A DNA stretch of 47,023 nucleotides, counting the filler, from Sphacelaria rigidula (lineage: Eukaryota): the NCBI GenBank assembly GCA_964200075.2. It is 2 parts of 2 records of this genome, joined end to end, with 100 filler letters (N's around TTAATTAATTAA, not from the genome) between each part and the next. Parts side by side here need not be neighbours in the genome. Positions count along the whole stretch, not along the records: positions 1 to 23,464 come from CAXNAA020000261.1; 1 more part is not named here. One strand, written 5' to 3'. Below the pieces are notes generated by a model. It saw only the letters and a list, made by a program, of their open reading frames with translations, made no database searches and was not told the origin of the DNA. A program made the position numbers and the translations under genes. Shown in pieces: positions 1 to 11,785 of the stretch (positions are counted from its first letter, which is position 1; each line of letters opens with the position of its first letter).

Positions 1-43
1 TGGGGTTTTTTCTCTCTCATTGTGGTCTTGTCTGTGGTGTGGT

Positions 44-100
<57 letters not shown>
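44..100. repeat. poly-G homopolymer (57 nt)
   Basis: Uninterrupted G run read directly; the length may be a sequencing artefact. Confidence 0.9.
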
Positions 101-101
<1 letters not shown>

Positions 102-459
102 GCGGAATATTTTTGCCGAGTGAAAGAGACAGCGCCTACATGGAAACACGAAGGTCTGAGCCCACCGGGCGGTTCATCCTGCGCTGCCACGCACATGGCG
201 CGTCAAAATTGGTTGTGCAAATCCACGAACAGCATTACAAGTTGAGGCTTCGAGGTCACCATGACCGGGACCGTACCACCTGTGCCTGTATTATGACATC
301 TTATTCTTCTCGTTACACTTTCAACCTATCCCCGTCCTCGGTCCCCTTCCTCGGGACGAGTCTGCGGCCCCAAGGCATCAACTCATCTCTTCCCGGCATG
401 CACGTAGGTTTGCCGAGTCCGGCCATTGTGCTCAATACTCGAGCCTTTTGCTAGCAATA

Positions 460-880
460 GCTGGGGCTGGTGCGTGAAACAAGGAGATGGGAACAGGAAG
501 TTCAACCCACCCGCATAATAATTCATCCAAATTTGCTGCACTCTTTTTGAAGCGAAGAAGAGTACAATTTACTGTTCACCCGGCCAATCGGCTGGTCATC
601 TACGCCGACGCTATTGCCATTTCTCCAACCCCGAGGGGACTACAGTATCAAGTTCGGATTCTCGAAGCAAGTGACATGAGGCTCATGGTGGGTAAACCAA
701 CTCCGTACATTGGTAAGATTCTATATTGCATTTCCTGGTCGGGCCTCACGATTGGCGCGGCTGTCCTTTTTACGTGAGCGTCTCAATTTTCATGATACTC
801 CGCTCTACAACGTAGCCATATCGTAAGATGCACTCGTGAGAGGGACCCTAGGTACCTCGGAGTGTCGACAGCTGTTGCAT
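460..880 (+). pseudogene. Degraded non-LTR (LINE) reverse transcriptase fragment
   Basis: Motifs in the expected RT order across broken frames: CVKQGDG (~470, like GVxQGD), LVIYADAIA..PRGLQ (~595-645, like YADD...GLQ), RYLGVS (~850, like YKYLG). Confidence 0.6.
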
Positions 881-2060
881 CACACACAGCGCTAACGCGT
901 CACTTTTCGGGTGACACGTGACATTCGCGAGAAGAAGCTGTTCACCCCAGTGGTTGGAGCCAACAGTTTGCGTGAAATCTCGAAATATTGATTACTCAAC
1001 AGTTCAGAGCAATCGCTTCTCTTCCGGGCACCGACGCCCAATCTGCATCAGCATACGGCCCGGACCGGGGCCATCGCATACACCAAAACAATTTCACGGC
1101 CAAGTATAACTTACAAAGTGCTGTTGATCAACTTCCACTAAGAGGTTGCGTGCGGAAGCGAATCAATATATTGAGCAAAAAAGCATACGTATATTTGATG
1201 CCCCGGAAACGCTTTCCATGTTAGCGCCAAACATGGAGCGGTGCCAAGGCATCAAAAGTATCAAGCCGAACCAAGGAGACGCAAATCATACTTACTTTCA
1301 TCGCCCCAAAGATGAAGACAACGAATGCAGTTTCAGGAACAAGAATAAGGACGGAGCACAAATCCAACTCGTACAAGACGATACCACCGCGAATGACAGA
1401 CCGACATAAATGACAACGTAGGACAAGAACATGGCAGCAACACTTTTTTTTTTTTTTCCCGTCTTCACGCTTCCAATTCTTTCCCTTCCCTTCCTCAGGA
1501 AGAATCCGTGATCTCAACGGATCAACCCAACATTCCTCGCATTGCGATAATCGCAAGAGTATACCTCGTACAATCAAGACGCTGATATCACACGTACCAC
1601 ACAACAATTTTCTCACACGCGGCAACTGCCCACTAAAATTCTACAACCCCTAACCGAGTGATAGTTGATGCAACCAAGGGCGGTACGACATCGACACGAC
1701 TTCCGAGCCATTCAAGCCTAGTTGCACGTGTAGGTCAATGGCGATGGATGAATCTCGATTCACATCACTGGAAAATCCCTCTAAACTTTTCCACGTGAGC
1801 CTCCAAGCCTACCAGTGAACCAGCTACTTCAATGAAGAGAAAGAAGGAAACAGCTAATGCGCACAGGCAACCCATACTCCACGTAAAATACCAACTCTCT
1901 CTTGGAGAGCTCAACTTTATGATATGCCTGTCAACAACACATATGTTACCCAAGTAGAAATCACACCTTAGTGGAACGCATTCCAAGAAAAGGGAGTAAA
2001 ATGGCGTCAACATGCGCATTTCCAATTACAACACAAAATTACTCACACACAGCATCATAC

Positions 2061-4140
2061 ACGCACCCCCACCGCAACTGTGGTCGGTAAGGAACGAACT
2101 AGTGGATGGAACTTTTTACACCAAGAGTAAGATAAAACATACGTGCCCTGTCAGAACAAAGCACTCAAGCCGCTCTGGCGTGCTCACAAATATACGGGCG
2201 GACATCGAAAGGCCAGTCCCATCTCCAGATGTCAGTTTTCTCCCCCAGCTTGATTGTCGCTGAATGGGTAACGGTGCCCTGCCGCCTCAAGTCTCATCAA
2301 CTCATCGTTAGACCTCGTCTTCTGATGAAAAAACAGAGACCTTGACAAAAAAATTCAGGCGGTAACCTTTTCCCCAACAGGTCTATCCCGACGAAACAGT
2401 TCCCGAAACCGTTTCCATGACTGAACAACGGTCTGGCGGGTTCTACACCAAGATGTTGGGTGGCCACCCTGCGTGATATTTACCATTACTTAATTTGTGA
2501 ACGAAACAGTGGCGGCTGTTCTGTCCGCTGATTACAGCTGTGCTGTCTGTACTGAGTGTACGGTACAGTTGCTGCTGCCGTTTGTGCTCACATGCATATA
2601 CTGCACAGCGGACAGCTATGCGTCACAGATGCCTTGTACTCTCGCTGCACCGTACACCGTGTGTACCACCTCAACTATGCTGCAGGGAGCTATACTCCTT
2701 ACGCAGCTAGTTGCACCGTTCAGGTGTTTTTGATAAAGACCTATTCCGACTAACTTGTATATGCTCGAAGACAGCATACTTTTTTCGACGAGATGGGCTG
2801 AAGAAACACCTCTCTAGGAAAATTCCCGATACCGGAGACCTTTCCTCTCGGCAAAGGGGCCATACGGAACAATTTCAAATGCATCACCTGGAACCCCCCC
2901 TGCCCCCCGAAGTTCTTCCGAAGATTTTTTTCGGACTCCCACAAGGAGACCGCTCGTCATGACAACTTTCCACATACCTACTTCAATAATCCACGTGAAC
3001 TCGCGCATGGTGTCAGGGAAAACATACTCCATATTTTCCTGCCAATCTGCACCATTCGATGACATTATCGGTACCATCTCGCTTGCGATGACATGCAAAC
3101 ACCTGTTCCCTCCATGGAACACATATAGCACCGAACCTCAGAAGTTGCTGCCGACCAAAGATGCCAGCACAGGACCTGTTGTGCGTGACGCTCTAGACAT
3201 CATTCATACGAAGCGCCGCGAATTAATATCTTTCCCAGAACTCCGGACCACGCTCCGGGTGATTCCCATGAAAGTTTCCAGGGTAAGGAGAGCGCAGCAG
3301 ATGATTGTAGGGCATCGAGTACCTGCTGATGGAGGGCATTTACGAGACACGTTCACGCACACAGTGGACCATCGACGGTTCCTGTGAAGTACAGATTTAA
3401 GCGTACAGCAGACGATCAAATGTAGCCGGATAGTTCCCAAGAAGTACTTCGAACGGACCAAATGCAGACTATCCTATAGCTATCGTGCGTCACTATTTGC
3501 GACTCTCTCTCGGATATGTCCCGAACACTGGTGAAGATTTGTAGGAAAATGGAGATGTATGCGCCCCGAAAAACTGTGTGTGTGCATTAGGCAGCGGGTA
3601 TGGACACACGTCACGCGGGGTCGGCGGGATGGCCACTTCCGCAGGAAGAGCGCTCGAGTGGGGGCATCGCGACAAACATCGGGAACTCTTACCCTTTGAA
3701 TAAACTGATGTCACCGTCAGCCTAAGGCTTGAGAGGCCTCCCGTCACTCAAGACATCGCAATGGAATGCCAGGTATGCAGGCGAACTGTCTCCATGACAC
3801 CCGTCAGGGCACTTCAACCATGTTGGGAACGGTGTGCGCGGTGACGTCGTCCCCTTCACCTAAAAAATATGAATCTTAGACGATATTTGGCAACCAACTC
3901 TGACGATCGAATATTCGGTGGTTCTCGAGGGTCGGTTCCCCGATGCATCATCGCTCACGCGGGGAAAGAGGCTGCACAGCTCTTGAGCGAACGGTATATA
4001 AAACCCTTTAGCCAAGCTTCCCAGGATACGCGGTATATGCTGAAGGAGTTGTGTGAACATGCCCCAAGCGGCAAACAAAGATCCACTTTGATCACGACAC
4101 CACATTTTTTGCTTGATCGCTACTTGTACAAAAACTGAAG
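2061..4140 (-). pseudogene. pol: Heavily decayed Ty3/gypsy pol remnant (RNase H to integrase) ending in a PPT-like tract
   Basis: Minus-strand fragments RSSELVAKYRLRFIFLGEGDDVTAH (~3836-3912, like the RNase H RW..L..Y...I.Y..G..N..AD motif) and VPIMSSNGADWQENMEYV (~3020-3075, integrase-like). GCGGTGGGGGTGCG followed by TGT at ~2075-2059 resembles a PPT/LTR junction. Many stops and frameshifts. Confidence 0.45.
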
Positions 4141-4145
4141 TTCAC

Positions 4146-6290
4146 TCACGGTTGTTCAGCAGAGCCGCGAGAAGAGCTGTCATAGTTGTCTTCCCGGCCG
4201 GGCAAACATCCTCGCTGACCGCTGTCCCTTTCATGCTTTTTGCGCCGAATTTCCCGCAGCTCGATACTCCGCCTGCGGTTCTCTTTGCCAAACTGAGGAT
4301 GGTGGAAGCACTCATTTGTAGTGTGATTCTGGGGGTTCCTACACAGAGGTATTTCACAGCGTCCGTTATGGTGATCGCGAGGACGGCGCTGGGGAGGAGG
4401 ACCCTGTAGAGTCCGACGGCGACCACCACCGCGACTGCGATCACCCGAGTCGTCTAGCACCCGTTTCGGTGGTCGAGGGGTAGTATCATGGGTCGGTGTA
4501 GTTTTGCGATTGACCGAGTCATTTCGCACCCGTTTCACTGGCCGATGGTTGACACCCTGGGTCGGTGCAGTTTTTTCCTCACATTGTCGTGCACGTGACT
4601 CGTCGTCGTTCGGCGATGGGACTTTTTCAATGGCTTTATCGTATCGCTCATGGATCTCATTTTTTCCGGCCGCCGTCGAAGTCTTCCGGTCGCTTGACGA
4701 AGACTTTGTGGGAGAGTTTACGTCCAACGCAGCATCATCATTCGTTGACGGCGATTCGGTCGGGTCAGTGGCCTTCTTCAGTTTGGTCTTGGTGGAGCAG
4801 ATGTTGTCACTGCTGTCAGCAGCAGCTGCTTCGATCGTTTTCGCCCGACTGGCCGACACAATGACATCATTGACTTCGGCACGAGCAAGGCACTCCTCAA
4901 AATTAGTGCATGCAGGCTCGGCACGCTGCGCCCGGCGCAGGTGAGGAACGAGGCCTTTCTCGAAAATTCCTATCTGCAACACCTCCCACACTGATATCGC
5001 ACTCTTTTGGTGTTGCATTAGCCGGTTCAAGTGATGGTTTAAAGCCAACTGGCGTCCGGCATAGCTCCGGACCGATTCTCCGGGGGCTTGACGCATCGAT
5101 AGTAAGGCCATGCATGTGCGTGAGACACCTTCTGCCGGCAAGAAATTGTCCTCTAGAGCGTCGCACACTTCCTTCCAAGTCGACGGCGGGCGGACTCTTG
5201 TATCCGTCTCACTCCCCATCGGTGGAGCGGCTGACATGTCATCAGCATCAGGGTCGGTATCAGGCGGTACGGTGGGTTCCCACACGACACGTCCTTTCAT
5301 CAGCAAACGAAACCACTCTTTGGCGGGATCCTCCAGCACAAAAACAACGTCTCGCAAATGCGCGGTGTTGAGATCTTCCGCGGTGATCTCCGGCCTGTTC
5401 AATCCCACCTTCACGCACGCGCTGAACCCCCGCAGAGTATCCTTCAGAATCGAGGGATCTTTCCCACTGAACTTCGGCACGTCTCGGAGTCCTGGGGGTG
5501 TGTTGCGAACTTTGTGCTCTCGAATTGACGGCTTTTGAGCCATCGAAGCCGTCTTCGACGCCTGGGCAGCAGGTTGCCGGGCCATCTTACTCAGTGCGTC
5601 GAGTGCACAGATGCCTGCCTGGTCAAGGTCGCCGTCCTGTTCGAGTTTCTGCGAGACGAACCGCCGAAGTTGGCGTTCCAGGGCTGGTGATTGCGTTGAT
5701 GGTGATTGGGGCCCGGTAATCGCCGGTTCTATTGTGACAGCTGCTGCGGCTGCCGCTGCCGCCGGGGCGGGCATTGTAGCCGAGGACAGATGGCCTGAAC
5801 GTACGCCTACATTTGGAGAAATTGAAGAATTGAGACCGCCTTCAACAGGTGCAGGATTGCTTGCGCGTACAGACGGCAAGCCCTGGGCTGAAGCTTTACT
5901 ACGGTGCTGTGGTCGTTGTTCAACAACGCCGATTCTTCGCTGTACATCTTCAGATGTTGGCCACCCTGCGTCTTCCCCATGCATAGCTGAATACTCAACA
6001 ACAGACGGTAGGCTTGGTTGCCCGACCACCGTACCACTCACAATATTCGCGGGCTCGCCAGTGTCTATGCGCCTCTTTTCCTGACGGCTGGTGCGTGTAT
6101 TATCGGTGTCTGTTACGGGTTTGGAGGACACTACCCCTGAGACAGAATTTGCCTTGTTAGGAGGTACGCCACGGACTCTTCCGTCGCCGCTTTCAAACCC
6201 TCCATCATCAGACCGTTTGGGTGGGCTACAATCTTTTTGTTGGTTCTGATCCTCGCCGCTTTGCTGCCGCTTCTTCCCATCTCCTCCCAT
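4146..6290 (-). CDS. gag: Intact Ty3/gypsy-type Gag protein (capsid domain + atypical CCHC knuckle), ~714 aa, stand-alone
   Basis: Uninterrupted ORF; preferred ATG at 6290 in ACAACATGG context (the frame is open to 6389). Capsid motifs VPKFSG, LEDPAKEWF, TWKEVCDALEDNF, LSMRQAPGESVRSY, FEKGL (~4875-5490). CX4CX5HX4C knuckle at 4308-4358, followed by a basic tail. Confidence 0.85.
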   Translation of the reverse strand: MGGDGKKRQQSGEDQNQQKDCSPPKRSDDGGFESGDGRVRGVPPNKANSVSGVVSSKPVTDTDNTRTSRQEKRRIDTGEPANIVSGTVVGQPSLPSVVEYSAMHGEDAGWPTSEDVQRRIGVVEQRPQHRSKASAQGLPSVRASNPAPVEGGLNSSISPNVGVRSGHLSSATMPAPAAAAAAAAVTIEPAITGPQSPSTQSPALERQLRRFVSQKLEQDGDLDQAGICALDALSKMARQPAAQASKTASMAQKPSIREHKVRNTPPGLRDVPKFSGKDPSILKDTLRGFSACVKVGLNRPEITAEDLNTAHLRDVVFVLEDPAKEWFRLLMKGRVVWEPTVPPDTDPDADDMSAAPPMGSETDTRVRPPSTWKEVCDALEDNFLPAEGVSRTCMALLSMRQAPGESVRSYAGRQLALNHHLNRLMQHQKSAISVWEVLQIGIFEKGLVPHLRRAQRAEPACTNFEECLARAEVNDVIVSASRAKTIEAAAADSSDNICSTKTKLKKATDPTESPSTNDDAALDVNSPTKSSSSDRKTSTAAGKNEIHERYDKAIEKVPSPNDDESRARQCEEKTAPTQGVNHRPVKRVRNDSVNRKTTPTHDTTPRPPKRVLDDSGDRSRGGGRRRTLQGPPPQRRPRDHHNGRCEIPLCRNPQNHTTNECFHHPQFGKENRRRSIELREIRRKKHERDSGQRGCLPGREDNYDSSSRGSAEQP

Positions 6291-6899
6291 GTTGTCTGTT
6301 GTCTGACGCAATGTTTTTTTTTTTGTGTGTTGAGGTGGGTCGTGTTGCCTTGAACACATAATAAATAATAACCTTGTCGCGCGTAGCATTTTTATCCTTC
6401 ACTTTGTTAGCACGATCAAGGTCGACGACCACAACTTGGGATCTGTGCAGCGAAGTTTCTTCGCCATACTGATTCCTCCACCGCATGTCCACGCCTGCTG
6501 TGTGTGTATTTGTGTGTATATTTTCTGTAGGGATGTGTACAGATACCGTGCGCTGCTTTGCTGCGCTGTTCTGTCCTCTCTGTACTGTACCGTCTGTATA
6601 TTGTCTGTGCTGTACTCTACGAACATCACTTTCGTACCACATCTGAGGAGGTGAGAAAAAAACTGCGGACCAGTGCTGCTGCATCTTCCGGAGGAGGATG
6701 CCCTCTTGTCGCCGGCCTCTGAGGTACGTTGGGGGTTTTGGGTAAGCTTCCGAATCTTCTTAGTTGCGTGTCGTTTTCGAAGCCGTCATCATCGTTTGAC
6801 TCGGATGACTCGCTGATAAGCCATCGAGCACTGGAGGTTGCGAAATACGGGTTGACCCCATCATCTGTCCGCCCGTCGTCACATTTCCTTTTCTGATCG

Positions 6900-7310
6900 C
6901 GGGCGATGACAGCTTCACAGCTCTGTCACAGTCCATCACTTCACACTTCAAGTCCATCACCAAACCTTGTCCCCAGTACTCCGGAGGTTGCCATCGCAAA
7001 CCACAGCGATATATGCACCAGAATGAATGCTGTCGTCGTCTCTTCATTTTTCCGGTGACACATGCAGGCAGCAATGTCGGTACCAGAGAGGGGACTGACA
7101 TGCTACCATGTGATCACCGCCACGGCAAGATGGATCTGCATAAGCTGCAGAGAAATATCACTCGGGCGCTGTGCATGATCTGGCTTGAGGCCGGGGTCCA
7201 CGTTGATGCTCTTGACAGCGACGGTTGGGCATCCTTTCTTTGCTCAGCAAGTTATCCCCACCACTTCCTTCATAGTGGTATGAGGCGAGTGTTGAGACAC
7301 GAAACGGATG
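6900..7310 (-). pseudogene. Possible decayed C-terminus (restriction-like endonuclease) of a CRE/NeSL-type non-LTR retrotransposon
   Basis: Minus-strand translation DPGLKPDHAQRPSDISL...HLAVAVITW*HVSPL..DIAA resembles the RPADI...AVDVTVVSPL...AA motif of REL endonucleases; interrupted by stops. Confidence 0.35.
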
Positions 7311-7372
7311 TATGCCCAAATAGGCTTATTATTATCGACACTTTTTTTCAGAGTTCTCGGACTCTGCGTTCA

Positions 7373-7562
7373 GGCAGTGTCTAATCAAATTGTTTTGGTG
7401 TCAAAAACGTGCGGTCGAATCGAATTCGCTTGTTTCTGATTCGTCCACGCTACTAATTTTCTGAGATGGTTGAGAACATAAATGTCGTGGACGTATCAGG
7501 CACGAGGAAATTTGATTCCATCGTACGGTTTCGAGTCAAAAACAATTTGATAAGACACGGCC
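7373..7562 (+). mobile_element. PIF/Harbinger-type MITE (190 bp), copy 1
   Basis: TIRs GGCAGTGTCTAATCAAATTGTTTT / AAAACAATTTGATAAGACACGGCC; 3-bp TSD TCA on both sides; inverted homolog at 43775-43964. Confidence 0.85.
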
Positions 7563-10500
7563 TCAGACTTCTCCAAGGACGAAGCGGCTTGATTTTTCTC
7601 CGAAGCTTCATTTTTATACAAGTCCGGAAAATTCCGGAAATTCGGACTGTAACGCAGCTCCTCGGAGAGCTGCCCTTTCAATACGCCGTGGCGCTCGCAA
7701 GCATTCGAGAATCATCAGGTGACTTGCCAGTCTCGAGAATTTCGGACATCGGCGAAAAGACAGTGTCGATAACAAAGGGCACCATATCCTGCGCTTATTT
7801 CGACCAGGCAATGGCCGGTCTCCTGGTCAGATGTGGTGCTCGCGAGACTTGTGTCGGTAATGACCTTACAAGGAACTTGGAGGCAGCTTGAGCTTCGATG
7901 TGACTGCTGAGCTCAAGTTTCACGCTCATGCTGGCTCAAGAAGAAGCAAGCTTGCGCCGGCTTCTGTGGTGCGCTCCACCGGACGAAGCATTGCATCGGC
8001 GAGGCTGGATGCAGACAGCATGTCTGAGAGTGGCAAGACACAAGAGAGCGCAGTGGATGACGTCGATGTGATGCTGATCAAGCATGAAATGGATTGGCGA
8101 GCAAAGGAGGCTGCTGGTGGAGAGGCTGGCAGTGGTCCGTAAAGTACAGGTCAAGGTGGTGGACCGGAGCAGGATTACCTTTTCCGTCTTATCGCGAACT
8201 TTCTGTTGGAAGGTGAGACAGAGTTCACCTCTTGGCATAACATGTAGGCGGTATTCTGCAAGTTGCTCAATAACGAAGGAAAGTATGGGCAAAAATGAAG
8301 TGACCGAGACCCCCGCTAACGGCGAAGCAATGCCATGGCCGGGTGTGCGTGGGGGGATCGCGTTTACCTTGTGCCGTAATCCACGTCCACGAGCACTGTA
8401 CTGTTGGTTTCTTCGGCACTGGACACCGGCACCGAGTTCAGAGGTACGGGTCGCTATATAATGATTAAACTGAAATCAGCTATTTCTTGTTGTTTTCCAT
8501 GATCCTTGAACGTATTTAACCGGGATTATTGTGTTGGTGGACACACGTGCGCTACTCAAGCCTTATGTACCGCAGAGAGGTGAACATTTTTTTTTCCGTC
8601 CAGGCCCGGTGTGAGTTTCATTTCCCTCCGCCATCTCGCTACAGCCCAGGACCGTACTGTATAGTATATCGACGGTATTCTGACAAGCACCATGTCATCA
8701 TGAAGCAAGCTTACGCATATACCTTCGAAAGGGGGCGGTGCTGTAGCACACGGAATCACACACGCTGGAGAGATACATGCTTACGTTGGCGGTACGATGT
8801 CCGGTGTGTAGCGTGCTTGGTCGTCTTCGCCATTCCATCTCTAAATAATTTCTGTCGCGGTACGGACTGAATCTTTACCGCAAGATGCGCCAACCCTGGG
8901 CATTGCGTGAGTACTGTGTGATAGCGCCGATCAACACGAGCGATCCAGAACAGAAGCACGACGGCCAACAATAGGGAGCCAGCAGCATTGCTGCCGATGT
9001 AGTCCTTTTCTCGGGATTGTGCCGTCCGGGAGCATGAAACGACGCACAACGACGACGATGGCACCGTCTTATCTCATGCCCCGTATCCAAAGCCGTGCAG
9101 GATACAGGAGGAGCAAGCTAAGCGCAAGTGGAGACCGTAACGCCAACCGCGACTACCGCAACCATACTGCAGGCACGACGACCCTCATAGCGAACGTTGG
9201 TTACATCGCGAACGTTGGGTACACCAACCCGTACACAGAAAGACAAAGCACCATTTGTGGGGCCGTTGTTGTTCTGGTTATCATCTCTCCGCAGCACGGT
9301 CCTGTACTGCGGCTGCGGGCTGCAGAAGGCCGGTAAACACAAGCATGACGAAGTCTATGCTAAACTCAAGTCTGCGTAAAAAAATGCGTTACGCAGGGAT
9401 TGATAATAATTTCAATTAAATAATTTGAAATTAGACTGCGGTATATAATTTGACCCGTACCTATGAACCCACCGCCTGGACACCCCTGCAGTGACGAGTT
9501 CTATTTTTTTTTTCGGATTCAGGTATGGTTGACATCTTCAGCGTTCGGGATTCGCAGACCCGCGCACGAGCCGAAGAGCTTGACTTGGTTTCCATGGTTG
9601 ATCATTCAGGTGCCTCTCGTATACACCAGTACGTCAGTACATGCAAACGCGTGCAGAACAATTGTAGTACGATCCCAGGCAGGGGTCTCCCTGACCCGTA
9701 CAGCAGTACACGCACCATGATCGAAACACAGCAACAGGTTTACACGCCGCTTGTGACAGTCAACACTACTTGCAAGCACCGCTCTCTTGTTGTGACGGTT
9801 ATGCTTGAAGGCCCCGTGGTACGTACTCATGTGCCGCAGCTGACAAGTGGTCCAAATGAAACCCCGCTTGATGGGAAACACTCGCTTTTTTCGATTTTTT
9901 TTTAATTATGTCGAAACGTGCCCACGCTGCTAGGTTGTGCCATCGACTCCTCCATGCTTGGCACGACCTCAGTGCAAACAGACCAGACGAGCACAACTGA
10001 CATTTGAGGCCTAGTTTCCGCTGTCAAAGGCACAAATCACTTGTATCAAAGGGGAGGGCAGTACTGCGCCGTACAATGAAAACGGAATGCCCGCTTCATA
10101 TTTATGGCTGCCCGCGCTCGGCCCGCATACAAAAATCATTGTACTTTTGGACGGAAACTTTGCTTGTGCATTTCTCGACCATGGGCAAAGGTACTGCCAT
10201 GAAACTTGGTGCAGTAGTTGGGACACAGCACAGGCAGTATGTGCACTGGAGAGCAGCTCATTTCGGCCAGCGAGCATATTAAACTAGGCGAATATCGATA
10301 TACCGTCTATACGCCCTCATAGATTCTGTGTACTGTGAGTGAAAGCACATGTGGACGTGGTGCACTCACGTCCACACCATAATCACCTGGGAGGGTACAG
10401 GGCTGGCAAATAAATATAGATCAGTACTGGCACACCCTCTGGGTAATGACAATCTGGACAAGGAGACATTCCGATATCTTCTGTAGAGATGCTCAGCGCG

Positions 10501-10599
10501 AGAGTACACGCGCTATCGCCGCTGCAAGGCGCTGAAACTTCGGTCATATGTAAATCACAATCAACAAAGCCCATGACTCTGGATCTGAGGTTGGGCGCT

Positions 10600-11200
10600 G
10601 CAACAGTGCGCGAGGAGATGAAGAGAGCTCAGATTCTGTCCCGAAATGATTTTTTTTTGGCGCAGGACTGGGAGGTGATAGTTGAACAACCACATGACTC
10701 GCAGCATGAGCTCATTTGAAAGAAACTGACCATCTATACAGTAGTCTAAACCGTGGATTGAATATGGGTCATCTGATGACTTTGCTAGTGGTCCTACGGT
10801 TGCGGAAGCTCAACACGGCTTTCGCAAATCGTACAGATTTGACAAAAGACCGCCAGGCGCACAAGTGATCACATAAAATACTTCAGGACATGTTGCAAGT
10901 TGGAAGACAGGACCACGTTTGGCCATTGCTTTCATATACCATGCACAGTACAATGTGGTACAGTATAGCAAGGTTTTGTGCGAATTGACGTCCAATGGTA
11001 AATTACGTGCTGCACCAGGGAACTTGGCATGGTCAAAAGTGAGCGGTTTTTCCAAGTTTTAGACTGCAGAATGCTAGCGGGCGTACATGAACGCAACCGT
11101 CTTCAGTTCACCTCGTAAGTGCCTCAGGACGAAGATGCCGCAACCATATCTTTTTTGACTCTGAACTTTGCCTTTTGTTATTATTTCCCAACCATGGGCG
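10600..11200 (+). pseudogene. Possible very decayed LINE RT fragment
   Basis: VAEAQHGFRKS (~10799-10831) matches the LINE RT QxGFR motif; the flanking motifs are only weakly recognisable. Confidence 0.3.
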
Positions 11201-11674
11201 TCAGTAGCAAATGACATATCTTACCCGAGGATAGGCGGGGGTAGTTCTGAAAGACTACTTGTGATCGCAAGCCAATGGAAAGCTTCGACACGCCGGGCAG
11301 ATCAGCTCCCTATAGCCCAAGCGAGCTCTTTTTGAGCGTAGCTCCCTCGTGAGCTATGAGAGCTGCATGAGCTACGCATGTTCTCCCTGGGGTAAGATGT
11401 GAGAGCTGTATGAACTACACATGTTTACCGTACGTGAACTACCAACCCGTAGCTCATCAGCTCATATTCGTCCTGGGGTGAGCTATGGGAGCTATATGAG
11501 CTACGCGTGTTTACCGTACGTGAGCCACCAACCCGTAGCACATCCGCTCAGATCCGTCCTGGGTGAGCTATATGAGCTACGCACGTTTGCCCTGGGTGAG
11601 CTATGAGAGCTGCATGAGCAACACATGTTTGCCTTGGATAAGCTATGAGAGTTAGGAGAGCTACGATTGCTTAT

Positions 11675-11781
11675 CCCTTTGACCGCGAGGGTAGGAGGTC
11701 TCTGAATCGGCGTCATTCACACCCGAAAAATAAAGTGAGTTATGCTGATTTATGAGATGGCCAACCCTCGCGGTCGAAGGG
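11675..11781. mobile_element. piggyBac-like MITE (107 bp)
   Basis: TIR CCCTTTGACCGCGAGGGT / ACCCTCGCGGTCGAAGGG; flanks TTAT and CTAA resemble a mutated TTAA TSD. Confidence 0.65.
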
Positions 11782-11785
11782 CTAA

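Noticed and set aside
20-454. Poly-Gly ORFs
   Set aside because: They are produced by the poly-G run and have no other coding signal.
4504-6084. Several plus-strand ORFs of 140-160 aa
   Set aside because: Antisense shadows of the GC-rich gag ORF.
10349-10375. Hairpin TGTGGACGTG...CACGTCCACA as a Helitron 3' end
   Set aside because: The downstream CTGG is not followed by T, and no matching 5' end or second copy was found.
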